Source: a virus (Duplodnaviria; Caudoviricetes). Taken from it: 60,243 nucleotides of DNA. The notes under the pieces are model-generated. The model was not told the origin of the DNA, did no database searches, and saw only the letters and a program-made list of their open reading frames with translations. The DNA lies in the IMG/VR virus record IMGVR_UViG_3300024999_000110, positions 1 through 60,243 of that record; one strand, given 5' to 3'. This document shows positions 46,601-56,609 of this stretch, in pieces (the first letter of the stretch is position 1; each line of letters starts with the position of its first letter). A program made the position numbers and the translations under genes.

Positions 46601-49600
46601 AGAATATCATCTTCTTCGAGTACAGCAAATCTTTCTTGTTTGTAACCTTCCTTTTTCCCTGCCTGATGCCAATCACTCTGCACTTCTTCAAAGAAAAGAA
46701 CTTTATTACCCTCTGCATCAGTTCGTTCATTGAATCTGATGTGAGCTAGAATGTTCGGTTCGTCCCAATGATCAGAATGATACATACTTTTAAGAACTTT
46801 AATAACTTGTGCTTTTTCATTTTCATTTTCTTTTACTTCATCCCAAGTTTTATTAAAAAGTTCTTTTGAAAGTTCTCCAGCATTTACTCCATTAACGTTT
46901 TTTGGTAAAGTGAGTAATATTTCTTTGTAATTCTTTCCACCTGGAAGTTGATATGTATCATATTTAACTCTATCTTTTGATTGTTCATCAAGTATTATAT
47001 TATACTTTTCTGTGAGTTCACTGAAAATCTCTTCTGGTATTTCTGTAGAATTATTATACCCATACTGTTTTATTAAATCGCTATAAATATTATCTAATTT
47101 ATCTTCTGTTAAATAATTATCTCCTTTAATTACTTCCTCAAGCTGAACATTATTCTCCTGAACAAATTTCAGCAAGTCTGCCTGACTTACTTTTCCTTCC
47201 TGCTTATCAAACCAATCATTCACACCAACCCAATCAAGTTCATCTTGCTTAATACCTGGGAAGTTCTTAATCATTCCTTTCCATTGATCAGGTGTTGCTT
47301 GCTTCTGATTAAATCCTGCAACTGCATTTTCAAGCGCGGAGTACCATTTATTTGCTACTTCTTCAGCCTGAGGAACAGTAACTTGAACAGTTTGTCCATT
47401 AACTTTCCGCTCATAAATCTTTCCACTTTCTACTTCACGAGCTAAACCAGAAACTGTTTGCTTACCAAAACTTAGCAATTGCTGAAAGAAGTCCATTACT
47501 CTCTGAATCACTTTACCAAACGAAGTGTTTCTATATTCAGCTCTGTTGACCATGATTTGAGCAAACATGTTCGCACGATTCTCAACCATCCTCTGCTTCG
47601 AATCTTTATGAGTACTCAGAGCAAATTCCAGCTTACCTGCTTTACGAAGTTTATTAAACTCCTTATTTAAAGCACTGTCATCTGCTTCTGTAATCAAGCC
47701 CAAGTTGTCAAGGACATGCTTGTTTTCATGCCAAAGAGTTTTGTTATCTGCAAAGTTTTCATCAAGAAGAATTTCATTGCCAACTGTAACTCCGAAGATT
47801 ACGTCATTCTTTTGCATCTGCCCAGTTTCAATAGCTAACTTAATGAAGCCTTTGCCAGCATTTTGAATACTGTTGATCTTTACGCCTTTTCCATTCTTGA
47901 ACTGAACAGATACTGAACCATCATCATTTTGATTAATTTCTTGATTTGGAAAAGTCTTTTTAATGTCTTCAAGATTTACTTTACTTAAGGTTTTTTGATT
48001 TTCACTTATCTGAAACTGTGGAGCACCTGCTACTTGCTGTTCATTAGTGAACCCACTCGGCAAACCTCCGGGTAAGTTTCTAGGAATTTCTGTTTGAACT
48101 GCTTGTGCATTTGACTGACGAACATCTCCAAGGCTTTCAGCAATTTGACGAAACCATATCTGGCGTTTATTCTGTTCAGCTAAAGATGGAACAACATTTT
48201 GTTTTGCTTCACTTTGTACTGCTGTATCACTTTTGATATTACCTTCAATATTAGCAAGTTGAGTCTCAAAGAACTTCTTCCTCATGAACGCTTCTGTCCC
48301 AGGAGTCATTTCTTTCTGACGAAGAGTCAATTCCTTCTTAACGCCTTGCCAATAATTTTCAATAATCTTTCTCTCTTCAGGAGTAAAACTATTATTTATA
48401 TATGTCTTTACATAATTTACATAATCTTGAATTTGCCTTAGATTATTTTCTTCTTCAGGAGTTCTTGCTTTTGGCTGATCATTTAAAGCTGATCTCTCCT
48501 GAGATTTATTTGCAATTATTTGATTTGCATAATCAGCTATAGACTTTGGAACTATTTCACTTTCTATAATTTCTGCGGATTCAGCAGCATCTTTTTCTAT
48601 ACCAACTTTCTCACCGACATTTACTGTCCCAAAAAGTTCTTCAAGATATTTCTGCCTACCATCTCTAGTAGTATATGGAGCAAAAGCCTTCTTAACCTCA
48701 GGCGTTTCTTTATCAAGTAACTCATTACGCCTTTTGTTCAATGTAATAAGTTTATCTTCAATTACTTTTCTTTCTTCTGCGCTTGGTGATGTCTTAGCAT
48801 CTAATGCATAAGGATCAAACTTGCGATTATATTGATCAGAGAGAGTTGTAATCTCGTTGTCAATATTCGTAATCCTTTCATTAAGCTGGCTTGCAGATTC
48901 ATATCTATAAGCAGCTAATTTATTTTCAATTTCTTTTACTTGCTTCTCTTCAGGAGAAAGCTGCTCATATTCTTTCTTAGCAAGTTCTTCTTTCTTCTGA
49001 ATTCCAGAATTAATCCGATCTAGGAGGCTTTGACTATTTTTATTATCATCAACAGTCTTTCTAATTAATTCAGCCGGATCAACATTTTCTTTTCTTGCCT
49101 TTGCTTCAAGTTTATCAAGATCATTAATGAGTTCTTGGTTTGAATTAATGTCAGTAGTTAACTTTTGGATGCTCTTACCAAGTTCATCTTCTTTTAAATT
49201 AAGAATATTCGCTGCTCGCCTGTCAAGCTCAATCTCTACATCAGTCTTTTCAGGTCCAGGATCTTTTGCTTGTGCAGAAAAGCCTGCATTAACTGCTGCA
49301 CCAGCTCCACCACCAATCGCACCAGCAGCCATACTCTCAATAATTCTTTCAACATTGCTTGCAGTCAAAAGTTTTTCATCTGTATTTGCTACAGTATTAA
49401 GAACATTGAAGAACTCCTGCCCGCCTTCCTGAAGTGCTTCTTGAGGAATATTTGTAAGCAACTCCTTTGCAGACTTTTTAATAGTTCCAGTAGAACCCTT
49501 ACTCAAAGCATCTACAAAAGTATCTACCAACTTACTGTTACCACCAGCAAATTCTAATGATGTTGCCAAAGCACCAAACAGCAATGCAGTCTCAGGTGCG

Positions 49601-50262
49601 TCAATGCCCTTCTCTTGTAGCAACTCAGCGTACATGCCACCAGACTCAAGGGGCATAACTGATCCGGCAATACCAACCTTGCCACCAAACTTCTTCAGAG
49701 CTTGGCCAGTAAGTTGCTTTCTTACCTGAGCTTCTGTCAAATCTCCAATTCCACGTTTGATTGACTGCTTGACAGCTTCATCAATTCCTTTCTTAAGAAT
49801 TGTTCTACCTGCCAACCCTCCGGCAATAGTACCTGGGCCTGGAGCAACAACAGATCCTATACCAGCACCGATCGCAGCCTCAGCCATACTTGGAACAAGT
49901 TCACCTAAGGTTCCTTGAGCCCAGTCAAGAGCACCACCAATACCTGTCTTGCCAGTATAAATATCTTTAAAGGAATGTTTTTTAGGGTATAATTTTGCTT
50001 CTTCAATATTCCTATTATATCCTTCCATGCCAAAGTCTTGCAAACTCTGGCCAGCAGATTCAGCACCAAGCTTTTTCAATCCAGAGCCTGCAAGTGCAGT
50101 AGCACCATATGCAGATGCTTGAAGATTCTGAAGTCCTCTCTTCACTCCAGGTATAAAATCAGAATCAGTTGGCACAGGGGCATTAATTTCTTCTGTATCA
50201 TCAAAAAAACTTTTTGCTACTGGCGAAGTAGTTTCTTCTGTATCATCAAAAAATCCAGCCAT
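43609..50262 (-). CDS. Large (2217 aa) internal virion/ejection protein with polyvalent-protein features
   Basis: Last late gene; G/A-rich amphipathic N-terminal region, coiled coils, HENKH zincin-like motif, central globular domain with EEVQSDWHQ. Confidence 0.75.
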   Translation of the reverse strand: MAGFFDDTEETTSPVAKSFFDDTEEINAPVPTDSDFIPGVKRGLQNLQASAYGATALAGSGLKKLGAESAGQSLQDFGMEGYNRNIEEAKLYPKKHSFKDIYTGKTGIGGALDWAQGTLGELVPSMAEAAIGAGIGSVVAPGPGTIAGGLAGRTILKKGIDEAVKQSIKRGIGDLTEAQVRKQLTGQALKKFGGKVGIAGSVMPLESGGMYAELLQEKGIDAPETALLFGALATSLEFAGGNSKLVDTFVDALSKGSTGTIKKSAKELLTNIPQEALQEGGQEFFNVLNTVANTDEKLLTASNVERIIESMAAGAIGGGAGAAVNAGFSAQAKDPGPEKTDVEIELDRRAANILNLKEDELGKSIQKLTTDINSNQELINDLDKLEAKARKENVDPAELIRKTVDDNKNSQSLLDRINSGIQKKEELAKKEYEQLSPEEKQVKEIENKLAAYRYESASQLNERITNIDNEITTLSDQYNRKFDPYALDAKTSPSAEERKVIEDKLITLNKRRNELLDKETPEVKKAFAPYTTRDGRQKYLEELFGTVNVGEKVGIEKDAAESAEIIESEIVPKSIADYANQIIANKSQERSALNDQPKARTPEEENNLRQIQDYVNYVKTYINNSFTPEERKIIENYWQGVKKELTLRQKEMTPGTEAFMRKKFFETQLANIEGNIKSDTAVQSEAKQNVVPSLAEQNKRQIWFRQIAESLGDVRQSNAQAVQTEIPRNLPGGLPSGFTNEQQVAGAPQFQISENQKTLSKVNLEDIKKTFPNQEINQNDDGSVSVQFKNGKGVKINSIQNAGKGFIKLAIETGQMQKNDVIFGVTVGNEILLDENFADNKTLWHENKHVLDNLGLITEADDSALNKEFNKLRKAGKLEFALSTHKDSKQRMVENRANMFAQIMVNRAEYRNTSFGKVIQRVMDFFQQLLSFGKQTVSGLAREVESGKIYERKVNGQTVQVTVPQAEEVANKWYSALENAVAGFNQKQATPDQWKGMIKNFPGIKQDELDWVGVNDWFDKQEGKVSQADLLKFVQENNVQLEEVIKGDNYLTEDKLDNIYSDLIKQYGYNNSTEIPEEIFSELTEKYNIILDEQSKDRVKYDTYQLPGGKNYKEILLTLPKNVNGVNAGELSKELFNKTWDEVKENENEKAQVIKVLKSMYHSDHWDEPNILAHIRFNERTDAEGNKVLFFEEVQSDWHQAGKKEGYKQERFAVLEEDDILAIEKASFDTREEAEKFASINGGEVKRYAIQGVPNAPFKNSTQWSLLAMKRMVRYAAENGFDKIAWTTGQQQFDRYAQGTEEEQAKRLRGMQEFYDKILPNTFNAEFNKNKWGNARVEVTNVGGDNLKIDTGRWIVRYTDGTTKIFYSAEEVQEIKYNDDVLSTQALDFDSWDFSINVLSIPITNRMKSKALREGMPMFEVRETPMQKISDDVYYQMFSERNSLVRTIGQMLRMRGHEIKQLIDKGLGSISTRLKNVDPMLRAKIRNLDFRTAQKIVTALRIAHPLLEKTKQMSPQDKFVWDAARRNSDEVKIKEIAEKYNMTADQEKLRSVLDQIRQDAIDVGYDVGFIEEYWPRIIKDQEGFLQATKGISQRPVITDAIKVYADKLGMTVEKFELAYPEQAADIASNTILGRNLGIGGPGNIQARQYETVPPELNKFYMDSDAALMQYIYSMTKKIEARRFFGKVPERIASLKTEKKRKQVMLTEYEKANNTARIEDVSGDLIRIEQELDKYKLQRDYTENIGTYINDLRMSGRIQADDEKVVRDILDARFHEHGATGIVNAYKNMSYIDVMGSPISALTQIGDLAWAMYVGKVWTPRGLADTVKNVGKAITKKSEITKEDLGIERIAQEFADGTTLGNAVSWVFKKVQLERIDSIGKETLINNAFSNYKVMASTEAGRQTLLKQIKPIFGTQSESVINDLLAGNPTDNVKMLLYHRLLDFQPVALSEMSEQYLKSGNGRVFYMLKTYTLKQFDVFRNEAWHKIKTGERDQVIEGIGNMIKLVSLLTLANAGADELKALLLGKETKFEDHVIENFLTMGGASKYVRMQTAREGLGSGLLGQILPPFRFVNSISKDLNQLYGSYITGDTIDFDHVRIVESIPIGGKLYYWHYGRGEDYKKSNNEQEFGKISKEVAIFKKQLENSEDKRTFLNSNLDDFKQMKMHENFQSALNRNQAVINKLKKIDQTTNVRERLGQLQQQREVILKRYFDVTNTVQ

Positions 50263-50286
50263 TTTATATCCTTATAAGTTAATTTA

Positions 50287-51351
50287 TTAATACGGAAGAC
50301 TTCCAAATCTCATTTTATATTCAGCCTCGGCGGCAGCAAAATTAGGATCTTTAGATGCACGCATTTTTAATAGCTTTTCTGTAGTAGCTGGTTTTGGAAT
50401 TGCAAATGTTGTTTGGCCGGATGTGTCATCAACATATCCAGTACCTTCAGCATTTGGCATTTTAATTACTTGTCTCTTAGTCATTCCAGTAGGATCATTT
50501 GGATCTGGTTCTTCAATTACTAAAGGCTTTAATGGATTTTCCTTGATTGGTGGATTCTGCAATACTTGTCCTTGAATATCACGTAATTTATTTTCTGCAT
50601 TAACATCAAGCTCACCAATACGATTCTTATCTGCATCAAGAGAAAGCTGCTCTCTTGCAATCTGGTTACGATCTAAAGTAGAAAGCAAGTTTGCACGATT
50701 GACATCTCGATCTGCTTCAGCATTTGCTATCAGTGCATCAGCTCGAGCCTGTCTACTTTGCAAGCCTCGTACAAACATTCCACCAATGCTATCATCGCCA
50801 AGATCTTCTGTAGTTATTGGATTTACTCCAAAGAACCTACCACGAGGAGAATTTGCATAAGCATCATATCGGTCACGTAGTTGCCTACGATAATCATTCC
50901 AAGTTGCTTGCTGATTATCTGATTGCTGGTTTAGATTTCTTAAACTAATCTTTCCTTTATCTCCTTCATATGAAAGAGTATTTCCACCAATATCATAAGT
51001 GGTTGTATTTCCATTTTTTGCTACAGTCATCTTGCCTAATTCTGCATCTCTTTGTGCATTAGTAATTTCTTTAAGTTTAGGAAGATTTAGATTTGATCTT
51101 ACTGGAGGCTGATATAAGGAAGCTATTTTTGGTTCAGCTAAAGGAGTTGATTGAATTGTTGGCTTTTGAATATTTTGTGGATTACTTCCACCATAAAATG
51201 CTTCATTATTTGGATTACCTGAAGTCATTGGAGCTTGAATCTTTTTTAAAGGCTTAGGCACACTAAAATTTTTATCTGTAAATGCTTCATCCATAGTAGG
51301 AAGAGGACGTAATCTTTTCTTCTTTTCTTCTTCAATTTGATTCAAAGCCAT
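50287..51351 (-). CDS. Putative ejection/internal virion protein
   Basis: Hydrophilic and low-structure; directly upstream of the giant protein. Confidence 0.55.
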   Translation of the reverse strand: MALNQIEEEKKKRLRPLPTMDEAFTDKNFSVPKPLKKIQAPMTSGNPNNEAFYGGSNPQNIQKPTIQSTPLAEPKIASLYQPPVRSNLNLPKLKEITNAQRDAELGKMTVAKNGNTTTYDIGGNTLSYEGDKGKISLRNLNQQSDNQQATWNDYRRQLRDRYDAYANSPRGRFFGVNPITTEDLGDDSIGGMFVRGLQSRQARADALIANAEADRDVNRANLLSTLDRNQIAREQLSLDADKNRIGELDVNAENKLRDIQGQVLQNPPIKENPLKPLVIEEPDPNDPTGMTKRQVIKMPNAEGTGYVDDTSGQTTFAIPKPATTEKLLKMRASKDPNFAAAEAEYKMRFGSLPY

Positions 51352-51374
51352 TTTAGCCTCACAGATTAATTTTA

Positions 51375-52343
51375 TTATTCAAATGCGCTGACAGATTGAG
51401 AAACAATACTGTTCAAAGACATCAAAGCAGCCTGTGCAGTCTTAGCAAAAACATCTGCCGCAGCAGCAAGTGCTTGAACGTCAACTTGACTATTCTGAGT
51501 AGCATTATCTCTTCTATGCTTATAAACATCAACTCCTGCACCAAGCTCAGCAAGTTTTGACTGCAAGACCATTTGATCCCTATTCTGCCTTGCTCTGTAC
51601 CAGTCTGCAGCAGCACTCATCATTTTAGCTTTTATATCTGTATTTAGTGCTGCTATTCTCGCTGCTGCATCAGGAGCTACAGCCAGAGATCGAATATAAT
51701 CTATTGCTGCCTGCATTGCTGCAAGACGAGATTCAATAGCCTTGCCTATGGCAAACTTAATAGTTTCAATGGCTATCTCAATTTGTTTTACAGCAACTGT
51801 AGTTGTAGCAATACCAATCCTGCCTGCCTGTTCAAAGGCTGCCTGGTTAAGATCATAAATCATTGGTCCCTGGACAAGTGAAAAACCTCTTGCAGCATAC
51901 CCAGCAGCTATACCACTAGAAACTCTCTGTCCATCCCTAATAATCCTATCTCTTTCACGCTGAATTATTTGATCTTCAAGTGCTGCCGGAATTCCTGTGC
52001 CACCATTAGTAATTGTATTTACTAACCAATTTGTGGCTTCATCAAAAGCATCACTTGCCAAAGGATAATAGATAGCAAAAAAGTTTGCCAGTTGTCCAGA
52101 TAAGAGTGCAATTAATGCATCACGTTCTGCTTCATAATTATATTTTGAATCATCTACTGTTGGTATTTCTGGCTCTATTGCCTCAACAGTAAAGCCTGTA
52201 GCAGTTGCTGGTGGTGTAAGATAAAAACCTGCATTACTATTAATAAGATCATCTGCAGCATCTTGAGCAGAAGTAGTTGCATTAGTCGCAGTAGCTAGCG
52301 CGTTTGTAATGATTTGATTTACAATCTCTGCCGTAGTAGCCAT
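51375..52343 (-). CDS. Putative ejection/internal virion protein
   Basis: Ala-rich helical protein with an AARGFS...G motif. Confidence 0.55.
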   Translation of the reverse strand: MATTAEIVNQIITNALATATNATTSAQDAADDLINSNAGFYLTPPATATGFTVEAIEPEIPTVDDSKYNYEAERDALIALLSGQLANFFAIYYPLASDAFDEATNWLVNTITNGGTGIPAALEDQIIQRERDRIIRDGQRVSSGIAAGYAARGFSLVQGPMIYDLNQAAFEQAGRIGIATTTVAVKQIEIAIETIKFAIGKAIESRLAAMQAAIDYIRSLAVAPDAAARIAALNTDIKAKMMSAAADWYRARQNRDQMVLQSKLAELGAGVDVYKHRRDNATQNSQVDVQALAAAADVFAKTAQAALMSLNSIVSQSVSAFE

Positions 52344-53524
52344 TAAAGTCTCCTGTTTAATTGCATGATTTCAAACATAATATTTTCAAGATCAAAATTA
52401 TAACCATTATTCGTAAGTACAGAATTCCAATAATATCCAGAAAGTTCACTTCCCATATTAATACGTTGCTTTGTCATTGTAGTACTTGAATCTTTCATTA
52501 CAAATGTTTGTGTCTGTCCATCAGCTTCGACTGTTAATGAAAGTTTTCCACTTGAACTTATTCCTAAATATGCTGAAGTAACTCTCTTATTATAAATTGA
52601 TCCTAAATCAGATTTACCGAAATCAACTAAAGAATCTATTTCAATTCCATTATCAGTGCTTCCAGTCAATTCATAAATACCATCTCTTGCTACACCATAA
52701 TTTTTACCTTCATGTGTATAGAAAGAAAGATATCCATAATTATCATATTGACTAGTTGCATTAGTATCTATGTTAACTACCCAAACTCTGGCAGTATCAT
52801 CAAGTGCAGCAACATTATTAATTGTTGCAGCATTACCAGATGTAGCAATAACTACATCATTTGTTAATATAGAAGTATCGAACGAAGCAAGAAATGATCC
52901 GAGAACCGTAAAGGTATCGGTCGCCTGCATGGAAGCCAGCAGCTGATATATGTATATATAGCTGCCAGTAATGGTATCTACGATCTGGCCAGAACTATTA
53001 AGTACTACAATAAAAACTGGTCTATGTCCAAAAGCATCCAAAATATAACAGAAATTATAAAGTTTACGTTCAAACGGAGTAGCATCATATATACCGGAAG
53101 AAACGAGTGCCAGGAATTCAACTGATCCTTCTCCGTATTCTCCTTCACCACCCTTAGCAAGCATTGCTGGAAAATCAGCATCACCATCAAGATAAGATAT
53201 GGTACCGAGAATGCTAGAGGATACCATCTTCGGAAATGAGGAAAAGCCATAGTTGGCAAGCATAGGCACATACAATCCGCCTTCAGCGTATGACTCAAGC
53301 GAGGGGAAGGTTGCATCTCCTGCACCATAACTAGTAATATCTCCTCCAAACCCAGCCAGTGACGGAAACAATGCATAGCCGTAATTGCTCGAAGCAATGG
53401 CAACCATCTCGCCAATCCCGGACATTGTAACACTTGCTGCCTGGAGATTATCTAGTGTTAGCGTACCAACACCGGTCATCAGCACTTCATAATCTTGGAT
53501 TGTCAGTGTTCCATAACCTATCAT
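52343..53524 (-). CDS. Tail structural protein
   Basis: Repeated G...FP.L units; beta-rich C-terminus (DFG.....KRV..AYLG). Confidence 0.55.
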   Translation of the reverse strand: MIGYGTLTIQDYEVLMTGVGTLTLDNLQAASVTMSGIGEMVAIASSNYGYALFPSLAGFGGDITSYGAGDATFPSLESYAEGGLYVPMLANYGFSSFPKMVSSSILGTISYLDGDADFPAMLAKGGEGEYGEGSVEFLALVSSGIYDATPFERKLYNFCYILDAFGHRPVFIVVLNSSGQIVDTITGSYIYIYQLLASMQATDTFTVLGSFLASFDTSILTNDVVIATSGNAATINNVAALDDTARVWVVNIDTNATSQYDNYGYLSFYTHEGKNYGVARDGIYELTGSTDNGIEIDSLVDFGKSDLGSIYNKRVTSAYLGISSSGKLSLTVEADGQTQTFVMKDSSTTMTKQRINMGSELSGYYWNSVLTNNGYNFDLENIMFEIMQLNRRL

Positions 53525-54822
53525 CAGACACTCCCGTACTGGATTTCACCAGTTTTAAATACAGCAGATGTTACCTTATCTCCTGCTGTGTATAGATAAC
53601 CGTAAACATAAAGTTGAAGCAACCTAGATACTGTAGGAACTGTACTAGTATGAACAACAGAAATTTCATCAGTCTTCGCCATGTAAACAATTACATTATC
53701 AGATTGACGATAAATTCTAATTTCTGTCAGCTCAGTCTGCACTGAAAACATGGTCTTTACCATTGTTCCATTTTCATATACTCTTACTCCATTCTGATCG
53801 CAGATGATACTATGCATGAACCTTGCCACTCCTGCCCCTTCCATTCCCTTGTTAGCAATGCTGATACAGGCACTCGTCACCCCGGATGCCGCAGTGAATT
53901 TGATGAACGTGCCAGAAGCAAGAGGATCGATCGACCGTGCCCAGGTATTCCAGCCACTATTAGTCAGTTGTAGAATCTCCTGATAAGTAAGAGGTTCGTT
54001 TACACTGGTTGTTGGTTCCTGCGCAGGCATGGTGGTTTCGACAGTATAAGTAACGGTCGGTACAGATGTTGGATCAATGAGTGACGTGCCGTCATTGTAA
54101 GTACCTGATTCCCCCAACGGAACAACCGGCTGATTATACCCATCAGCCATCGTGATATCGAAAATCTCCCCCCACGACTCGCCATCAGGAAGTTCTTGAT
54201 ATATCCACTTTGACCTGTCTTCTTGCAGGATTGTGTCCTTGAGTGCGTCGTAAGTATCTTGGTTGAAGTTGGTGGAATCTTCAGAAAGAGTCTGAGTAGG
54301 CTTGGCATTTTCGTACTCAACAAAGTGATACAGTCCATACCCTACAAAACCGACCCAGAAAGCGAGATAACTATCATCAGGATATGAGTATTTCGACACG
54401 CCTAGTTCACTCTTCCCTTGATACCAGACGATATTGTGATGGTTCACCCTCGCCTGCATGTCGGTGGCAGTACCATCCCAGTCGTTCGGATACAGCGTCC
54501 GCATCATATCATTTTCCTGTGCTGTCGTGGCAAGATAGATGCCCTTCTTGCCAGTTCTCACTCCATCAGGTGGAGCATCACCAATAAATCCGTCAGGGTA
54601 AAAAATCCCCTTGCTTGTCATGGTGTAACCAGACACTAGACTACCAGTCTCATCTATCCATTGATCGTTATCTAACTGAGTCCAGCCGTCCGGTATATAG
54701 TAATAACTCATGGTAGACTGTTCAGATGTACCGGTAGTCGTAGAGGTATAACCTTCAGTCCCAGCCGTACTACCGTAGCGAGTAACAAGTTCATATTTGT
54801 AATCTTTTATTAGTGTGCTCAT
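53524..54822 (-). CDS. Putative tail/receptor-binding protein
   Basis: Start re-placed at the ATGA overlap (MSTLIKDY); T/G/Y-rich; central part higher in GC. Confidence 0.55.
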   Translation of the reverse strand: MSTLIKDYKYELVTRYGSTAGTEGYTSTTTGTSEQSTMSYYYIPDGWTQLDNDQWIDETGSLVSGYTMTSKGIFYPDGFIGDAPPDGVRTGKKGIYLATTAQENDMMRTLYPNDWDGTATDMQARVNHHNIVWYQGKSELGVSKYSYPDDSYLAFWVGFVGYGLYHFVEYENAKPTQTLSEDSTNFNQDTYDALKDTILQEDRSKWIYQELPDGESWGEIFDITMADGYNQPVVPLGESGTYNDGTSLIDPTSVPTVTYTVETTMPAQEPTTSVNEPLTYQEILQLTNSGWNTWARSIDPLASGTFIKFTAASGVTSACISIANKGMEGAGVARFMHSIICDQNGVRVYENGTMVKTMFSVQTELTEIRIYRQSDNVIVYMAKTDEISVVHTSTVPTVSRLLQLYVYGYLYTAGDKVTSAVFKTGEIQYGSV

Positions 54823-56609
54823 GGCATTCCTATTGCATATTTGTCGTATGGTCCGACTGGACTTTGTGGAACAATCGGTGGACACTGGTATGCGGCGAGA
54901 GCATCAGCTCTTGGATCGTCACCATAAAGACCGAGAGAAAAGTTATCAGCGTCTCCAACCGGGAAAGGAAGTTCACCCATTACCTGCCATGGTGCGGTGC
55001 TTGCATCTTCTGTTTCGGTTGCGGCGGTCCAGTTCAGGGAAGCGAAGGCGTATTTCTCAACATCATCCACCGTATGCTTTACAACCCCAATCAGGAATAT
55101 CCGTTCAGGAGTAACCATGCAGGGGCGGACGCTGATAAGTTGAACACCATCAGGACATCCTGGCAATGCAGTCCAGCCGGAAAATGGAGAACCGTAATGC
55201 ACCGCCCGCACTCCGACTTTGACCTTGTTGCTTACGCATAGGTAAAGATTAGTATCATCGAACACGCCTGCGTAGGTGATATCTGGTCGCACTCCCTCCT
55301 CTCCTGAGACTTGCGATGGAACGAGGACGGTTGCCAGAAATAACCCTGTTGTCGTAAACTTGACCGCTCCATACTTCCTTGTCCATGTGTAAATGATTCC
55401 ATCATGTGCATGGAACATTACAGAGTCATATGGCACTGTGAAATTTACATTCGGGTACGCCCCGGCAATCTGTTCAAACATCCGCTTGGCATTGAACCAA
55501 TCCCCTGAGACTGTTACGGTAGCAAGGTCAACAAGCAGTGGCATGAACTGATTCGAGTTGATCAGGTGCACATTCCCGCCTACAGTCATGGAATAGAACA
55601 ATCTCCACTTATCTTCGTCGGGATTATCATCGTAATAATCTCTTGCTTCGCAAGCCTCGACACTCCCAGAAAACACATGGCAGGAAGCATTGACCGCGTG
55701 AAAGAAACTGTTATTCTGTGCATACGACCCAATCGGTTCGCATGATCCATCGTTTAATGAGTTGCTGAGGATGAGTCGTAAAGCTTCAGGCATATCTGTG
55801 TTCAGAATCTCGCTGAAATAGATATTATCCTGCGTGCTGAAATCAACGTCAATATTATATCCGACTGCCTTTCTTTGTGGGTCGCCAACAAAGTCATAAA
55901 TCCAGGAACTGTGAAACGTGGTGTACCGATCCGTTCCCGTCTTCTGGTAAACTCTCCAAGGAGTATACGCAGTCTCGTATTCAATATGTCTGGCTACACA
56001 TTTAATCCTTCTGGCTTGGTTTCCGTTGGAGATATAGAAAGAACCTGTTTTCTCAAAAACTTGCCTCCACCAGTCAAAGACCCCGTCCCCTGCAAGATCG
56101 TACTTCATTGCATCTGATACTGTGACATTAAAGACCTCTCCATGAAAAGGGAGCAGTACAGGGCAACAAGAATAATCGTCTACCCACACAGTATCGGGAC
56201 CGCCAGTGTCCCCGTCAATCAGGCCATATGGAGATTGATTAACCGCAGGGATAAACTTCACAGGATAATACCCAGCCTCAACAGGTATCTGCCCAGCAAA
56301 GAACGTAGTGAACTCACCAGAAACTCCCAAATCTTTAAACAGCACATACAAGTCTTGGGCTGGATTGAACCCACCCGCCCAGTAATCAGCGGCCGCTATC
56401 TTGATTCCGTCCTGTGTCGAGCAGGCCACAATTGCACCCATCGGAGCAGTAACTCTGCCCCCATCAATCTCGCCAAGTTGCCACACCTTGAACCTGAATC
56501 CATCCCAGATCGGACAAGCCGAAGGAATATCCATCTCTTTAATCTGAGCGAGTTTCTTCTTAGCAAACCATCTGCGCTTTAGGCTGCGATCGCCGTCAAA
56601 GGTAATCAT
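54819..56609 (-). CDS. Putative tail protein
   Basis: 596 aa, translationally coupled; aromatic and beta-rich. Confidence 0.55.
   Translation of the reverse strand: MITFDGDRSLKRRWFAKKKLAQIKEMDIPSACPIWDGFRFKVWQLGEIDGGRVTAPMGAIVACSTQDGIKIAAADYWAGGFNPAQDLYVLFKDLGVSGEFTTFFAGQIPVEAGYYPVKFIPAVNQSPYGLIDGDTGGPDTVWVDDYSCCPVLLPFHGEVFNVTVSDAMKYDLAGDGVFDWWRQVFEKTGSFYISNGNQARRIKCVARHIEYETAYTPWRVYQKTGTDRYTTFHSSWIYDFVGDPQRKAVGYNIDVDFSTQDNIYFSEILNTDMPEALRLILSNSLNDGSCEPIGSYAQNNSFFHAVNASCHVFSGSVEACEARDYYDDNPDEDKWRLFYSMTVGGNVHLINSNQFMPLLVDLATVTVSGDWFNAKRMFEQIAGAYPNVNFTVPYDSVMFHAHDGIIYTWTRKYGAVKFTTTGLFLATVLVPSQVSGEEGVRPDITYAGVFDDTNLYLCVSNKVKVGVRAVHYGSPFSGWTALPGCPDGVQLISVRPCMVTPERIFLIGVVKHTVDDVEKYAFASLNWTAATETEDASTAPWQVMGELPFPVGDADNFSLGLYGDDPRADALAAYQCPPIVPQSPVGPYDKYAIGMP

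Noticed and set aside
43609-50262. N4-like virion RNA polymerase
   Set aside because: I could not find T7-type RNAP catalytic motifs, the protein is much shorter than the N4 enzyme, and early genes have sigma70-type promoters.
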